DNA of 38,679 nucleotides from Octopus bimaculoides (taxonomy: Eukaryota). The position numbers and the translations under genes were made by a program. The stretch lies in assembly GCF_001194135.2 (NCBI RefSeq), contig NC_068998.1, positions 45,938,459 through 45,977,137 of the forward strand, read 5' to 3'. The notes under the pieces were generated by a model. The model saw only the letters and a list, made by a program, of their open reading frames with translations, was not told the origin of the DNA and searched no databases. This document shows positions 21,751 to 31,412 of the stretch, one piece after another (positions within the stretch are counted from its first letter, which is position 1; each line of letters starts with the position of its first letter).

Positions 21751-22340
21751 CTATTTACGATGCGTCATACCGCAGTGAATGACACCAGACTATTTACAAT
21801 GCATCATGTCACAGTGATGAACAGCTTGCTCACCAACTGCATGGTTCCGGGTTCAGTCCCACTGCGTGGCACCTTGGGCAAGTGTCTTCTACTATAGCCT
21901 TGGACCGACCAAAGCCATGTGAGTGGATTTGGTAGACGGAAACTGAAAGAAGCCCGTCGTATATATGTATATATGTGTGTGTTTGTGTATCTGTGTTTGT
22001 GCCCCTGCTATCGATTGACAACCGATGGTGGTGTGTTTACATCCCCGTAACTTAGCGGTTCGGCAAAAAGAGACCGATAGAGTAAGCACTAGGCTTACAA
22101 AGAATAAGTCCTGGGGTCGATTTTCTCGACTAAAGGCGGTGCTCCAGCATGGCCGCAGTCAAATGACTGAAACAAGTAAAAAACAAACAAACGAACAAAC
22201 AAACAAAACAGACCCGTTACGACGTATCATAACTGCTGTGATGGACAGCAGTCCAGTCGTGATGTATATCATAAAGCAGTGATGGGGGAACAGGCCAGTT
22301 ATGATGCATTATACTGCAGTGATAGACAATAGACCAACGT
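21751..22340. repeat. Degenerate ~39-bp minisatellite interrupted by a family C SINE
   Basis: Units ctatttacgatgcgtcataccgcagtgaatgacaccaga (21751, 21790) resume after 22210 (gttacgacgtatcataactgctgtgatggacagcag etc.). Confidence 0.7.
21820..22185 (+). mobile_element. SINE family C, slightly 5'-truncated
   Basis: Collinear with the 33428 copy. Confidence 0.92.
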
Positions 22341-22664
22341 TACAAAGGAATCTATTATAAAGGCCTCTGCCAGCAGCTTTTAAACCCCTTCGATGACAAG
22401 CCCTTGCGATTTTGCTGCGGCATATGTGTCCGTCAATGACATCCGGATATTGATATCATAATCTACTCGATGAAATCATTTGTTTTCTTTTAATGGCTTT
22501 GAATTGTTCAATGTATGGGTGCGTATGACAGGGTGGAATTAGGCATGTTTATAGGAGCATATATATGCCGGATGCTACTACATTCAGAATTCTCATATTT
22601 AAGTGCGGGTGTATATAGGGATGTCACCCGTATATATATATATATTTATATCTTTTATTACTTA

Positions 22665-22870
22665 TTTAAAGTTACTGAACTGTGGCCCCCGCCTTCAAGG
22701 GTTTTAGTCGAACAAATGGACTTTAGTATTTTTCTTTTTTTTAATTCTGGTACTTATCCAATCCGTTCCTTTTGCCGAACTGTTAAGTAATCTGGAGGTA
22801 AACAAACCAAGACTGGGTTCTCAAACGGTGAGAGTAAAGACAAACATGCGCTCGCACACACAAACAACAC
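22665..22870 (-). mobile_element. Old family C 3' module
   Basis: ccgccttcaagggttttagtcgaacaaat...ttttgccgaactgttaagtaa. Confidence 0.7.
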
Positions 22871-22881
22871 ATGCATATACG

Positions 22882-23118
22882 TATTTCTCGGGGAGATTCA
22901 GCGTGACACACAGTGTAACAAGGCTGACCCTTTGAAATACAGGTACAACAGAAACAGAAAGAAAGAGTGAGAGAAAGTTGTGGTGAAAGAGTACAGCAGG
23001 GTTCGCCACCAACCCCTGCCGGAGCCTCGTGGAACTTTGTTTTCGCTCAATAAACACTCACAACGCCTGGTCTGGGAATCGAGTCTGCAGCCCTAACCAC
23101 CGGGCATTGCGCCTCCAC
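22882..23118 (-). mobile_element. SINE family B, 3'-truncated with small internal deletions
   Basis: Reverse complement of the 2659 copy. Confidence 0.9.
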
Positions 23119-23150
23119 AGAGTTATATATTATATAACTCTATGTATATA

Positions 23151-23510
23151 GGCGCAGGAGTGGCTGTGTAGTAAGTAGCTTGCTTACCAACCACATATCT
23201 CCGGATTCAGTCCCACTGCGTGCCACCTTGGGCAAGTGTCTTCTACTATAGCCTCGGGCAGACCAAATCCTTGAAAGAAGCCCGTCGTATATATGTGTAT
23301 GTGTCTGTCTGTGTCTGTGTTTGTTCCCTCACCATCGCTTGACAACCGATGCTGGTGTGTTTACGTCCCCGTAACTTAGCAGTTCGGCAAAAGAGACCGA
23401 CAGAATAAGTACTAGGTTTGCAAAGAATAAGTCTGGAGGTCGATTTGTTCGACTAAAGGCGGTGCTCCAGCATGGCTGCAGTCAAATGACTGAAACAGAT
23501 AAAAGAAAAG
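23151..23510 (+). mobile_element. SINE family C with a ~25-bp internal deletion
   Basis: ggcgcaggagtggctgtgtagtaag...gtcaaatgactgaaac; lacks the gtgagtggatttggtagacggaaac segment. Confidence 0.92.
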
Positions 23511-23867
23511 ACTATGTATACATAACTTACTGGTCTGCTAGCAGTGTCTCGTTGCTTTATTGTTCTGCCGAACAATATCTATAGATTTCTAACCAACACG
23601 GATTGCTAGGAGGAAGATAAACATTATATTTATATACACAATATGTTCGTGACCAGAAAAAGAATAAACCGCTCTATAAGCCACATATATCAACTCTGTT
23701 TGGAGTTACTTCAGCAGCTATGCATCAACCGTAGTTGCATACGAACACATTGCTTATAAATCATTTGATGTTAGTGGCTACGGTAAACTGAACAGGCCAA
23801 TTTGCATATTTAACGCTTCCTACACAGCCTGTTCGAATATTAAGTTATTGTAATTCGTTGCGCAGAG

Positions 23868-24095
23868 GCGGATGGCTTTGTGGTCAGGATGTTGCATTCA
23901 CGATCGTAAGGTTGTGGTTTCGACTCTTAGAGCGGGCGATGCGCCGTGTTTTAAGTAAAACATTTTATTTTACGTTTCTCCATTCCACTCAACTGGCAAA
24001 ACTGAGCAATCCTTCTACAGAATGGTGTCGCATCGATGAGGGGAATATATCCAGAGAAAGCAATCTTGTGAACCTATGGCCCGGGAAGGGACTAT
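23868..24095 (+). mobile_element. Old family D SINE with a different 3' region from the 10005 copy
   Basis: ggcggatggctttgtggtcagg...ggtttcgactc...ctccattccactcaactggcaaaactgag. Confidence 0.65.
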
Positions 24096-24679
24096 GATAC
24101 TTTTTTTTAATGAAATTTTATAATTCATTACAGTAACGAAACGAAACCCTAGTAACTTACAAATTTGCACACACACGTACACACTAGTAAAACACACGCG
24201 CACATACTTCAGTAATGAAAACACACATATACGCTAGTGATGCGCGCATACACGCACACATATCAGCAATGCATAAAAACGCTGATGGCGCAGACACTCA
24301 GACATGCACACCAGTTGTACGCATGCATACACCAGCAAAACACATACACACATATACACCAGTAATACAGACACACGCATATACATACCAGCTATACACA
24401 CACACACACACACACATACACACACGCATCACATCACATCACACCACACATATACACACAGCTTGGAGAAGAAGTATGGGTTTCGCCAAATTAAATAAAT
24501 CCCAAATATACGAGTCCATAACAAAAAGGAAAGTCATTGAAAAGGTTGCAAGCAACGAAAGAGCTTTGACACACAAAAACAAAGCAAACAACATACTGTT
24601 TAACCAAAAAATCGATCAGTTAGTTGAATATTTAACTAATAATAAAGGCTAGGAATTGAACCAGTGCATGTATTAATAA

Positions 24680-24902
24680 TTCTTTCTACTCTTTTCTACT
24701 AATTGCACAAAGCCTGACATTTTGGAGAAGGTGACTAGTCGATTACATCGACACCAGTACTCTTCTGGTTCTTAATTTATCCACTGCGAAAAGATAAAAG
24801 CAAAAGTTGACCTCGGCGGAATTTGAACTCAGAACGTATAGACGGACGAAATGCCGCTAAGCATTTCGCCCGGCGCGCTAACGATTCTGCCAGCTCACCG
24901 CT
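24680..24902 (-). mobile_element. SINE family A, complete
   Basis: Reverse complement of the 12281 copy. Confidence 0.92.
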
Positions 24903-25295
24903 TTTGCGTGTGGGTTAATAATATTTAATTTAATGGCTCTCTCTACACGCAACAAAATACTTCATAAGATTATCCAGTATTATCCGTACAACCCAATGGG
25001 TAATGGCCCTTTTACCTGCCTTTCTCTCATCCTTGACCCCTTTTGTAAGGCAATCGTCTGCCCTAGTTTTACTTTTTGGTTTTCAAATCCAACCACAGAC
25101 CCACCCAATCCAACACTTATCGTCTATCTTTACACAAAGATGATGGTACTTCAGTTGAGGAGTATTTCTGATGTTGTTTGATTGACTCGCCCCCTTCACA
25201 GAACGGAATTAGGTCGGGTCAAGTGACTAGACATTAAATACGAATAGATATGACAGGTAGACAGATAGACAGCCAGCAGCAGCAGCAGCAGCATC

Positions 25296-25329
<34 letters not shown>

Positions 25330-25670
25330 CTGTGTGGCCTCCTCTTGCGAACGTTTCGGCGAATTTCTGCCAGAAAATTGCCACACGGCATCAGAGATCA
25401 CGCGTTCGCCGTGTTTCGTGAGAAACCGGAATGTAACTTTGCTGCCTCGTCGCTCCTGTGCCACCCGGGCCCATTGCACGCCTGTGCCTTCGTATTTCAA
25501 GCACTCGTGCCCCAGTACAAATAATGCCTCCTTCGTTTTTGGCGTCAAGGAAATGACTGGTGAGGCCATTCTCATCGCCAGCACGTCGTTTGCGACGCGT
25601 CTTTCTTTCTGTTCACTTGAGGAAAGCTCAACGCCTATGATTATCAACCGCGGTTTGTGTGAGTCTGTTA
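25330..25670 (-). other. Candidate coding fragment of unknown identity (unique, GC- and CpG-rich, open frame)
   Basis: Minus frame open for ~115 codons: DSHKPRLIIIGVELSSSEQKERRVANDVLAMRMASPVISLTPKTKEALFVLGHECLKYEGTGVQWARVAQERRGSKVTFRFLTKHGERVISDAVWQFSGRNSPKRSQEEATQ; no family recognised. Confidence 0.3.
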
Positions 25671-25749
25671 TATGAAGACTGATCCAGGGTTAAGCAACAG
25701 CAATCTTTCCGCTTCTTATTGCCAAAGAGGAGTTGGTGCTATCTTTATA

Positions 25750-26092
25750 TGTAGGACGAGGTCAACAGTCAGGTCTGTCCATACAGGCGATAGAGCAAAC
25801 ACAAACGAGGGAATTATGCTATCGGCTGTCCAGACATAGAAGCTAAGTTCCCCTCATATCATACCTAACTATCTCTGAAAAAAAAAAAAAGAAGAAAAAA
25901 AAATGAGTTGCACCTGTAATTCAAAGGATCAATCTTGTCATATTCTGTGTCCCGCTGAATATTTCGCGGGGATCTACGTTAAGGGTACACGTGTCTGTGG
26001 AATGCTCAGCCACTTGTATCTTAATTTCACAAGCTCGCTGTTCGGTTGATCGAATCAACTGGAACCACTCGTCGTCGTAACCGACGGAGAAC
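25750..26092 (+). mobile_element. Retroposon sharing the family B 3' tail (25910-26092) with a different upstream body
   Basis: cacctgtaattcaaagg...gtcgtaaccgacggag matches the B tail; upstream sequence does not match the B body. Confidence 0.7.
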
Positions 26093-26764
26093 CAGGCTAC
26101 TTAATAACAAACATAGCAGCAACAACAATAAACAACAGCAACAACAACAACGACAACGAAATAAATGTAAAAAGAAGAGGAAGAGAGAGAGGAAAGGAGG
26201 AAAGCTAGTGGGGAGGGGGAAGATGGAGATAAAAGAAGTGAGAGAGAGTGGGGGGGGGATATTGCGTGATATCGTAGGACCGGAAATGGTGAATTGTTGA
26301 GGATTAACGGGAAATGTTTATCAGAACTACTTAACCCAGTAAATCTTGTTGAAGACGATGTCTTGAGTGTGATAAGGTGAGTGGCAAAGATAAAACACTT
26401 GACCTCACACCAGAAGTTCCTCCAGCTTCACCCGTTTCCTTAATAGAGCTGCCATTCTTTCTTCCTCCTATTTTTCTTTTTCTTCCTTCCTTCATTTCTT
26501 CCTTTTTTTCTTTGTCTCTCTTTCTTTCTTTCTTCCTTTCTTTCTTCCTCCTATTTTTCTTTTTCTTCCTTCCTTCATTTCTTCCTTTTTTCTTTGTCTC
26601 TCTTTCTTTCTTTCTCTCTTTTTCTCTTTCTTTCTCGCTCTTTCTTTCTTTTTCCCTTTCTTTCTCTCTGTCTTTCTTTCTTTCTTTATTCTTTCTTTTA
26701 TATTCCCACTGGCTCGGTCTACGTAGCCGCAACCCGATTCAATAAAAACACCTTCTACGAGACT

Positions 26765-26960
26765 GCTCAACCTACTGGGAAATAGTAACTAAATCTCCCT
26801 CGAATCGCACCCTGCCGACTCAGAAAAGCAGACGTAATGTGAATAACGTAATCAAAAGTTCATTACTGATCGGAAAAAAGTCGGGAGAGTTACGGCTGGA
26901 ACACCCTTGACCACAGGCCTACTGGACAATGGGTCAGCATGCGACAAAACAACATGATAC
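26765..26960 (+). mobile_element. Ancient degenerate repeat (family E); weaker pieces at ~5715-5910(-), 11013-11220(-), 31730-31915(+), 9500-9548(+) and 15095-15180(-)
   Basis: Shared ctagaaatagcagccaaatctccctc-like motif and (CAA/GTT)n end; alignments are loose. Confidence 0.5.
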
Positions 26961-27201
26961 CCTATTTGACGGCATAAAAGACATTTCAGCAACGCATCTT
27001 CAGAATAGCTTTTAATGCATTAAAGCTTGTAGGAGGCCCAACTTTGCATATAGGACCCAGAGTGGCTTTTTTTGAGACATGTCTTTTGGAAAAAGACGTA
27101 TCTTATATGACATCAAATACGATAGGTGCCACTAGGAAACATATGGGGTATTCCTTGCTGTAAAATGAAGGTTTCCTTAGATTATAGGGATGTCAAAAAT
27201 T

Positions 27202-27270
<69 letters not shown>

Positions 27271-27282
27271 TTGTCTATCTAA

Positions 27283-27348
<66 letters not shown>

Positions 27349-27419
27349 GTCTGTCTGTCTGACTATCTACCTCTTTGTCTATCTATCTCTTTGTCTGTCC
27401 GTCTATTTGTTTATCGATT

Positions 27420-27660
27420 GATATCCGGCGCCAAAACAATGCTTCAGTATATTCCCATATTACCATGGAAAACCGACTTAAAACGGATGAACTAACATAT
27501 CTACTTATATATATTAGCGTGTGTGCGTGCGTGCGTGTGTGCGTGCGTGCGTGTGTGCGTGCGTGCGTATTTGTGTGTGCTTATACTACACACATGAGTG
27601 AGTGGACAAACGAAAGTAAGTGGTACTTTATAGAGGTGTGTCAAACTTTTATTAAATGTT
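27420..27660 (+). repeat. Local duplication copy 1 (copy 2 at 29056-29290)
   Basis: gatatccggcgccaaaacaatgcttca...cacacatgagtgagtgg...ttattaaat present in both. Confidence 0.9.
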
Positions 27661-27678
27661 TACATACATGTGTGTGTA

Positions 27679-27723
<45 letters not shown>

Positions 27724-28288
27724 TTCTTTGAATTTTATTTTAGTTTTTCTTAAAGTNNNNNNNNNNNNNNNNNNNNNNNNNNNNNNNNNNNNNNNNNNNN
27801 NNNNNNNNNNNNNNNNNNNNNNNNNNNNNNNNNNNNNNNNNNNNNNNNNNNNNNNNNNNNNNNNNNNNNNNNNNNNNNNNNNNNNNNNNNNNNNNNNNNN
27901 NNNNNNNNNNNNNNNNNNNNNNNNNNNNNNNNNNNNNNNNNNNNNNNNNNNNNNNNNNNNNNNNNNNNNNNNNNNNNNNNNNNNNNNNNNNNNNNNNNNN
28001 NNNNNNNNNNNNNNNNNNNNNNNNNNNNNNNNNNNNNNNNNNNNNNNNNNNNNNNNNNNNNNNNNNNNNNNNNNNNNNNNNNNNNNNNNNNNNNNNNNNN
28101 NNNNNNNNNNNNNNNNNNNNNNNNNNNNNNNNNNNNNNNNNNNNNNNNNNNNNNNNNNNNNNNNNNNNNNNNNNNNNNNNNNNNNNNNNNNNNNNNNNNN
28201 NNNNNNNNNNNNNNNNNNNNNNNNNNNNNNNNNNNNNNNNNNNNNNNNNNNNNNNNNNNNNNNNNNNNNNNNNNNNNNNNNNNNNNNN

Positions 28289-28655
28289 TGTTCTTCCGCA
28301 AAACGCTTCAAAACGTCTCGATTAACGGTCTGGCCCTGGGGGATGAAATCTCAACGCACAATACCGCGGATGCCAAAAAAAAAAAAAAACGATCGGCATG
28401 CTCTTGATTGAGCTGCGGACGTTCTTCCGCTTTTGAAGCGCCCATAGCACTCAAGACATTGCGTACGCCCCATTGCCTCGTCATTGTAAGTTTGGTGAAG
28501 CATGCTCAATGTCTCTGTAGCAGACTTCCCAAGTTTAACGCAAAATTTCACGTTGGCTCTCTGTTCCTGTCCACGACAAAATCGCAGACAACAGCACACA
28601 TGTGATCACAAAAACAAATTTCACAACTTGCAAATTAAACATAACGACGTCACTC
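28289..28655 (-). pseudogene. Internally deleted mariner derivative (second lineage)
   Basis: EQRANVKFCVKLGKSATETLSMLHQTYNDEAMGRTQCLECYGRFKSGRTS joined to KSMPIVFF..GIRGIVR*DFIPQGQTVNRDVLKRFAEE; the middle of the transposase is missing. Confidence 0.88.
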
Positions 28656-28881
28656 GGGACGCCAGTCCATCGCAGCTTTACTCAAGAAGCAGGAAGAAAA
28701 AGTGAGAGAAAGTTGGGGCGAAAGAGGACAACAGGGGTTGCCACCACCCCTTGCCAGAGCTTCGTGAAGCTTTACGTGTTTTCGCTCAATAAACACACAC
28801 AACGCCCGGTCTGGGGATCGAAACCTGTGATCCTCCGACCGCGAGTCCGCGGCCCTAACCACTGATCCATTGCGCCTCCAC
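28656..28881 (-). mobile_element. Family B-headed SINE variant with an alternative 3' module (gctgcgatggactggcgtccc)
   Basis: Head matches family B; diverges after ctttctctcact. Confidence 0.85.
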
Positions 28882-29500
28882 TACTATTAGAATTTGCAGC
28901 CTCAAAACTGTTCTCTATGCTTTCCTCAAGTGTTCTATAAGTCACGATCTATCTATCTATCTATTTATCTGACCGTCCGTCCGTCCGTCCGTCCGTCCGT
29001 CCGTCCGTCCGTCCGTCTGTCTGTCTGTCTGTCCCTCAAAAGCAAAGAAGGACATGATATCCGGCGCCAAAACAATGCTTCATTATAATCCCATATTCCC
29101 ATGGAAAAACTGACTTAAAAACGGATGAACGAATATATCTACTTATATGTGTGTGTGTGTGTTTGCGCGCCTTCATGTGTGCGAGTATATGGTGTGTGTG
29201 TGTGTGTGCGTGCGCGCATACATCACACATGAGTGAGTGGGCAAATGAAGGAAAGTGGCACTTAATGGAGGTGTGTCGAACTTATTAAATATGTGTGTGT
29301 GCATGTACATATGTATGCATACATCTATATATGTATATATATAAAACTTACGATGAAAGTAAACCAAGTTTGTTTTAGAAGCGTTTAGATGTATTGAAAG
29401 ATACAGAAATAATTTTTTTAAAATTCTCAAACGCGTGATAATGCTAAAAAATAGCGTGATCAGGATAAATTATCCATACATTGCAGAAAAATACGTTACC

Positions 29501-29573
29501 GGCCAGCCATGAGGCTTGAACTCACATTCCTGTGATTACGCGTTAAGTGCTTTACCATTAAGCTAAACTGCCC
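29501..29573 (-). tRNA. tRNA-like Pol III unit or pseudogene (Thr-CGT-like position; anticodon stem unpaired)
   Basis: GGCAGTT/GGCTGGC acceptor (6/7 pairs incl. G-U), GCTT/AAGC D stem, GTGAG/CTCAT T stem with TTCAAGC loop, loop CGCGTAA; T5 about 9 nt downstream. Confidence 0.5.
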
Positions 29574-30102
29574 AAAAACGAATTCTTCTGCAATTTTAGA
29601 ACCTATAAATTTAGCTTCATAAGACGCTAATACACACACACACATATATATATATAGATGTATGTATACGACACAAGATGATGTAATAAAACAGCGAGAA
29701 TAAATGATTCGTAGCAAACTGTACCGTGTTTCGTTCTACTCAATCAAGGTGAAACATGCAACACTGGATCGCAGAACACACACACACACACACACATATG
29801 GATATGTATGTATGCATATTTCATTTGATGTGTGCGTATGTGCATGTGTGTGTGTGTGTGTGTGTGTGTGAGTGTGTGTGTGGCAATTTACTCGATTCTC
29901 ACTTCCTAATATATCAACTCAAGGTACCGGAAACTCGGGCAGTCGCCCGGGGNNNNNNNNNNNNNNNNNNNNNNNNNNNNNNNNNNNNNNNNNNNNNNNN
30001 NNNNNNNNNNNNNNNNNNNNNNNNNNNNNNNNNNNNNNNNNNNNNNNNNNNNNNNNNNNNNNNNNNNNNNNNNNNNNNNNNNNNNNNNNNNNNNNNNNNN
30101 NN

Positions 30103-30200
30103 TGTGTAAACAACAAACAGATATATTAATTTAACGCTCAGGAAGTGAGAAACTCTTTTACGTTTCGAGCCTACGCTCCTCGACAGAAAGGAACACAAAA
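30103..30200 (-). mobile_element. Penelope-like terminal-repeat fragment with a hammerhead-like motif (30155-30190)
   Basis: Minus strand: CTTT CTGTCGA G GAGC GTAG GCTC GAAA CGTA AAAG. Confidence 0.6.
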
Positions 30201-30275
30201 ATAAACAGCAAATCGACCTCAACGGAGTTTGAACTCAGAACATAAAGACGGAAGAAATACCGCTTATTAAATAAT

Positions 30276-30527
30276 AAGTTAAAGTGAAATTAACTACGTT
30301 TATGATTTTTTTTTTTTTTAATGGCTGATACGTCATCGTCGCTGCAAACGTTTTAGTTTCAAAACACGATCTGAGATCAAATTACTTTCCTAGAAGTACG
30401 TATATATACTGGCAGGAAAGTAATTTGATCTTAGATCGTGTTTCGAAACTAAAACGATTGCAGCGACGAAAACATATCAGCCATTAAAAAAAAACCCTCA
30501 TAAACGCAGTTAATTTCACTTTAACTT
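30276..30527. mobile_element. ~250-bp fold-back MITE, arms ~115 bp; possibly TTAA-flanked
   Basis: 30276-30391 pairs with 30414-30527; TTAA|AGTGAAATTAAC...GTTAATTTCACT|TTAA. Confidence 0.85.
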
Positions 30528-30786
30528 TTGTATATATATATTTTTTTGTATGACTTAAAGGATTGGTCGGTGTTTAGTTACGTATTTAGGAGTTGGTTAT
30601 AGATTGACTTATTGAATTTATTTACCGATACTGTTGTACATAGGGTAAATGTGTTTGAAAGTTGTGGTTTCTTTGGTATATTTATTCCCAAACACACACA
30701 CACACACACACACACACATGCCTAAATTTGTCTTCGTATTTTATGTTGTTACGTTTTATGACGTCCTGTACCCATATATGCATATG

Positions 30787-30817
<31 letters not shown>

Positions 30818-30967
30818 CTATCTATCTGTCTATCTATATACATATATATGTATATACATATATGTATGTATGTATGTATGTATGCACATATGTAAATATA
30901 TTTTATTTATATTATTATATGACTGAACGCCACGCATTCATTTCCAAGATTTCCAAGTAAGTTTATC

Positions 30968-31077
30968 TATCTATAGCCCGAGGTTATAGTAGAAGACACT
31001 TGCCTAAGTTGTCACAGTGGGAATGAACCCGGAACCATGTGGTTGGGGAGCAAACTCCTTACCACACAGCCACACCC
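30968..31077 (-). mobile_element. Family C head fragment
   Basis: cccgaggttatagtagaagacacttgcc...ccttaccacacagccacacc. Confidence 0.85.
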
Positions 31078-31078
31078 G

Positions 31079-31120
<42 letters not shown>

Positions 31121-31318
31121 ACTAGATATCTTATATAATCGATAGTTATTGTGATCGACAACAGACATAATTTTTGGGACAAACTCTTTTGTTCCTCCTG
31201 GTTCTATAGTGTACCGAAGAACTGCCCAGCTGACTGTGATAGACACAATAACCAACACTGCTGCTGCTACCACTGCTACCACTGCTACTGCTGCTACTAC
31301 TACTATTGCTGCCGCCGT

Positions 31319-31412
31319 TTCTTCTTCTTCTTCTTCTTCTTCTTCTTCTTCTTCTTCTTCTTCTTCTTCTTCTTCTTCTTCTTCTTCTTCTTCTTCTTCT
31401 TCTTCTTCTTCT
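31319..31412. repeat. Pure (CTT)n, ~31 units
   Basis: Direct reading. Confidence 0.97.

Noticed and set aside
23119-23141. 11-bp-arm palindrome between two SINE heads
   Set aside because: Largely TA repeat, so self-complementarity is trivial.
26461-26615. 83-bp direct duplication in a CT-rich tract
   Set aside because: Real but routine slippage within low-complexity sequence.
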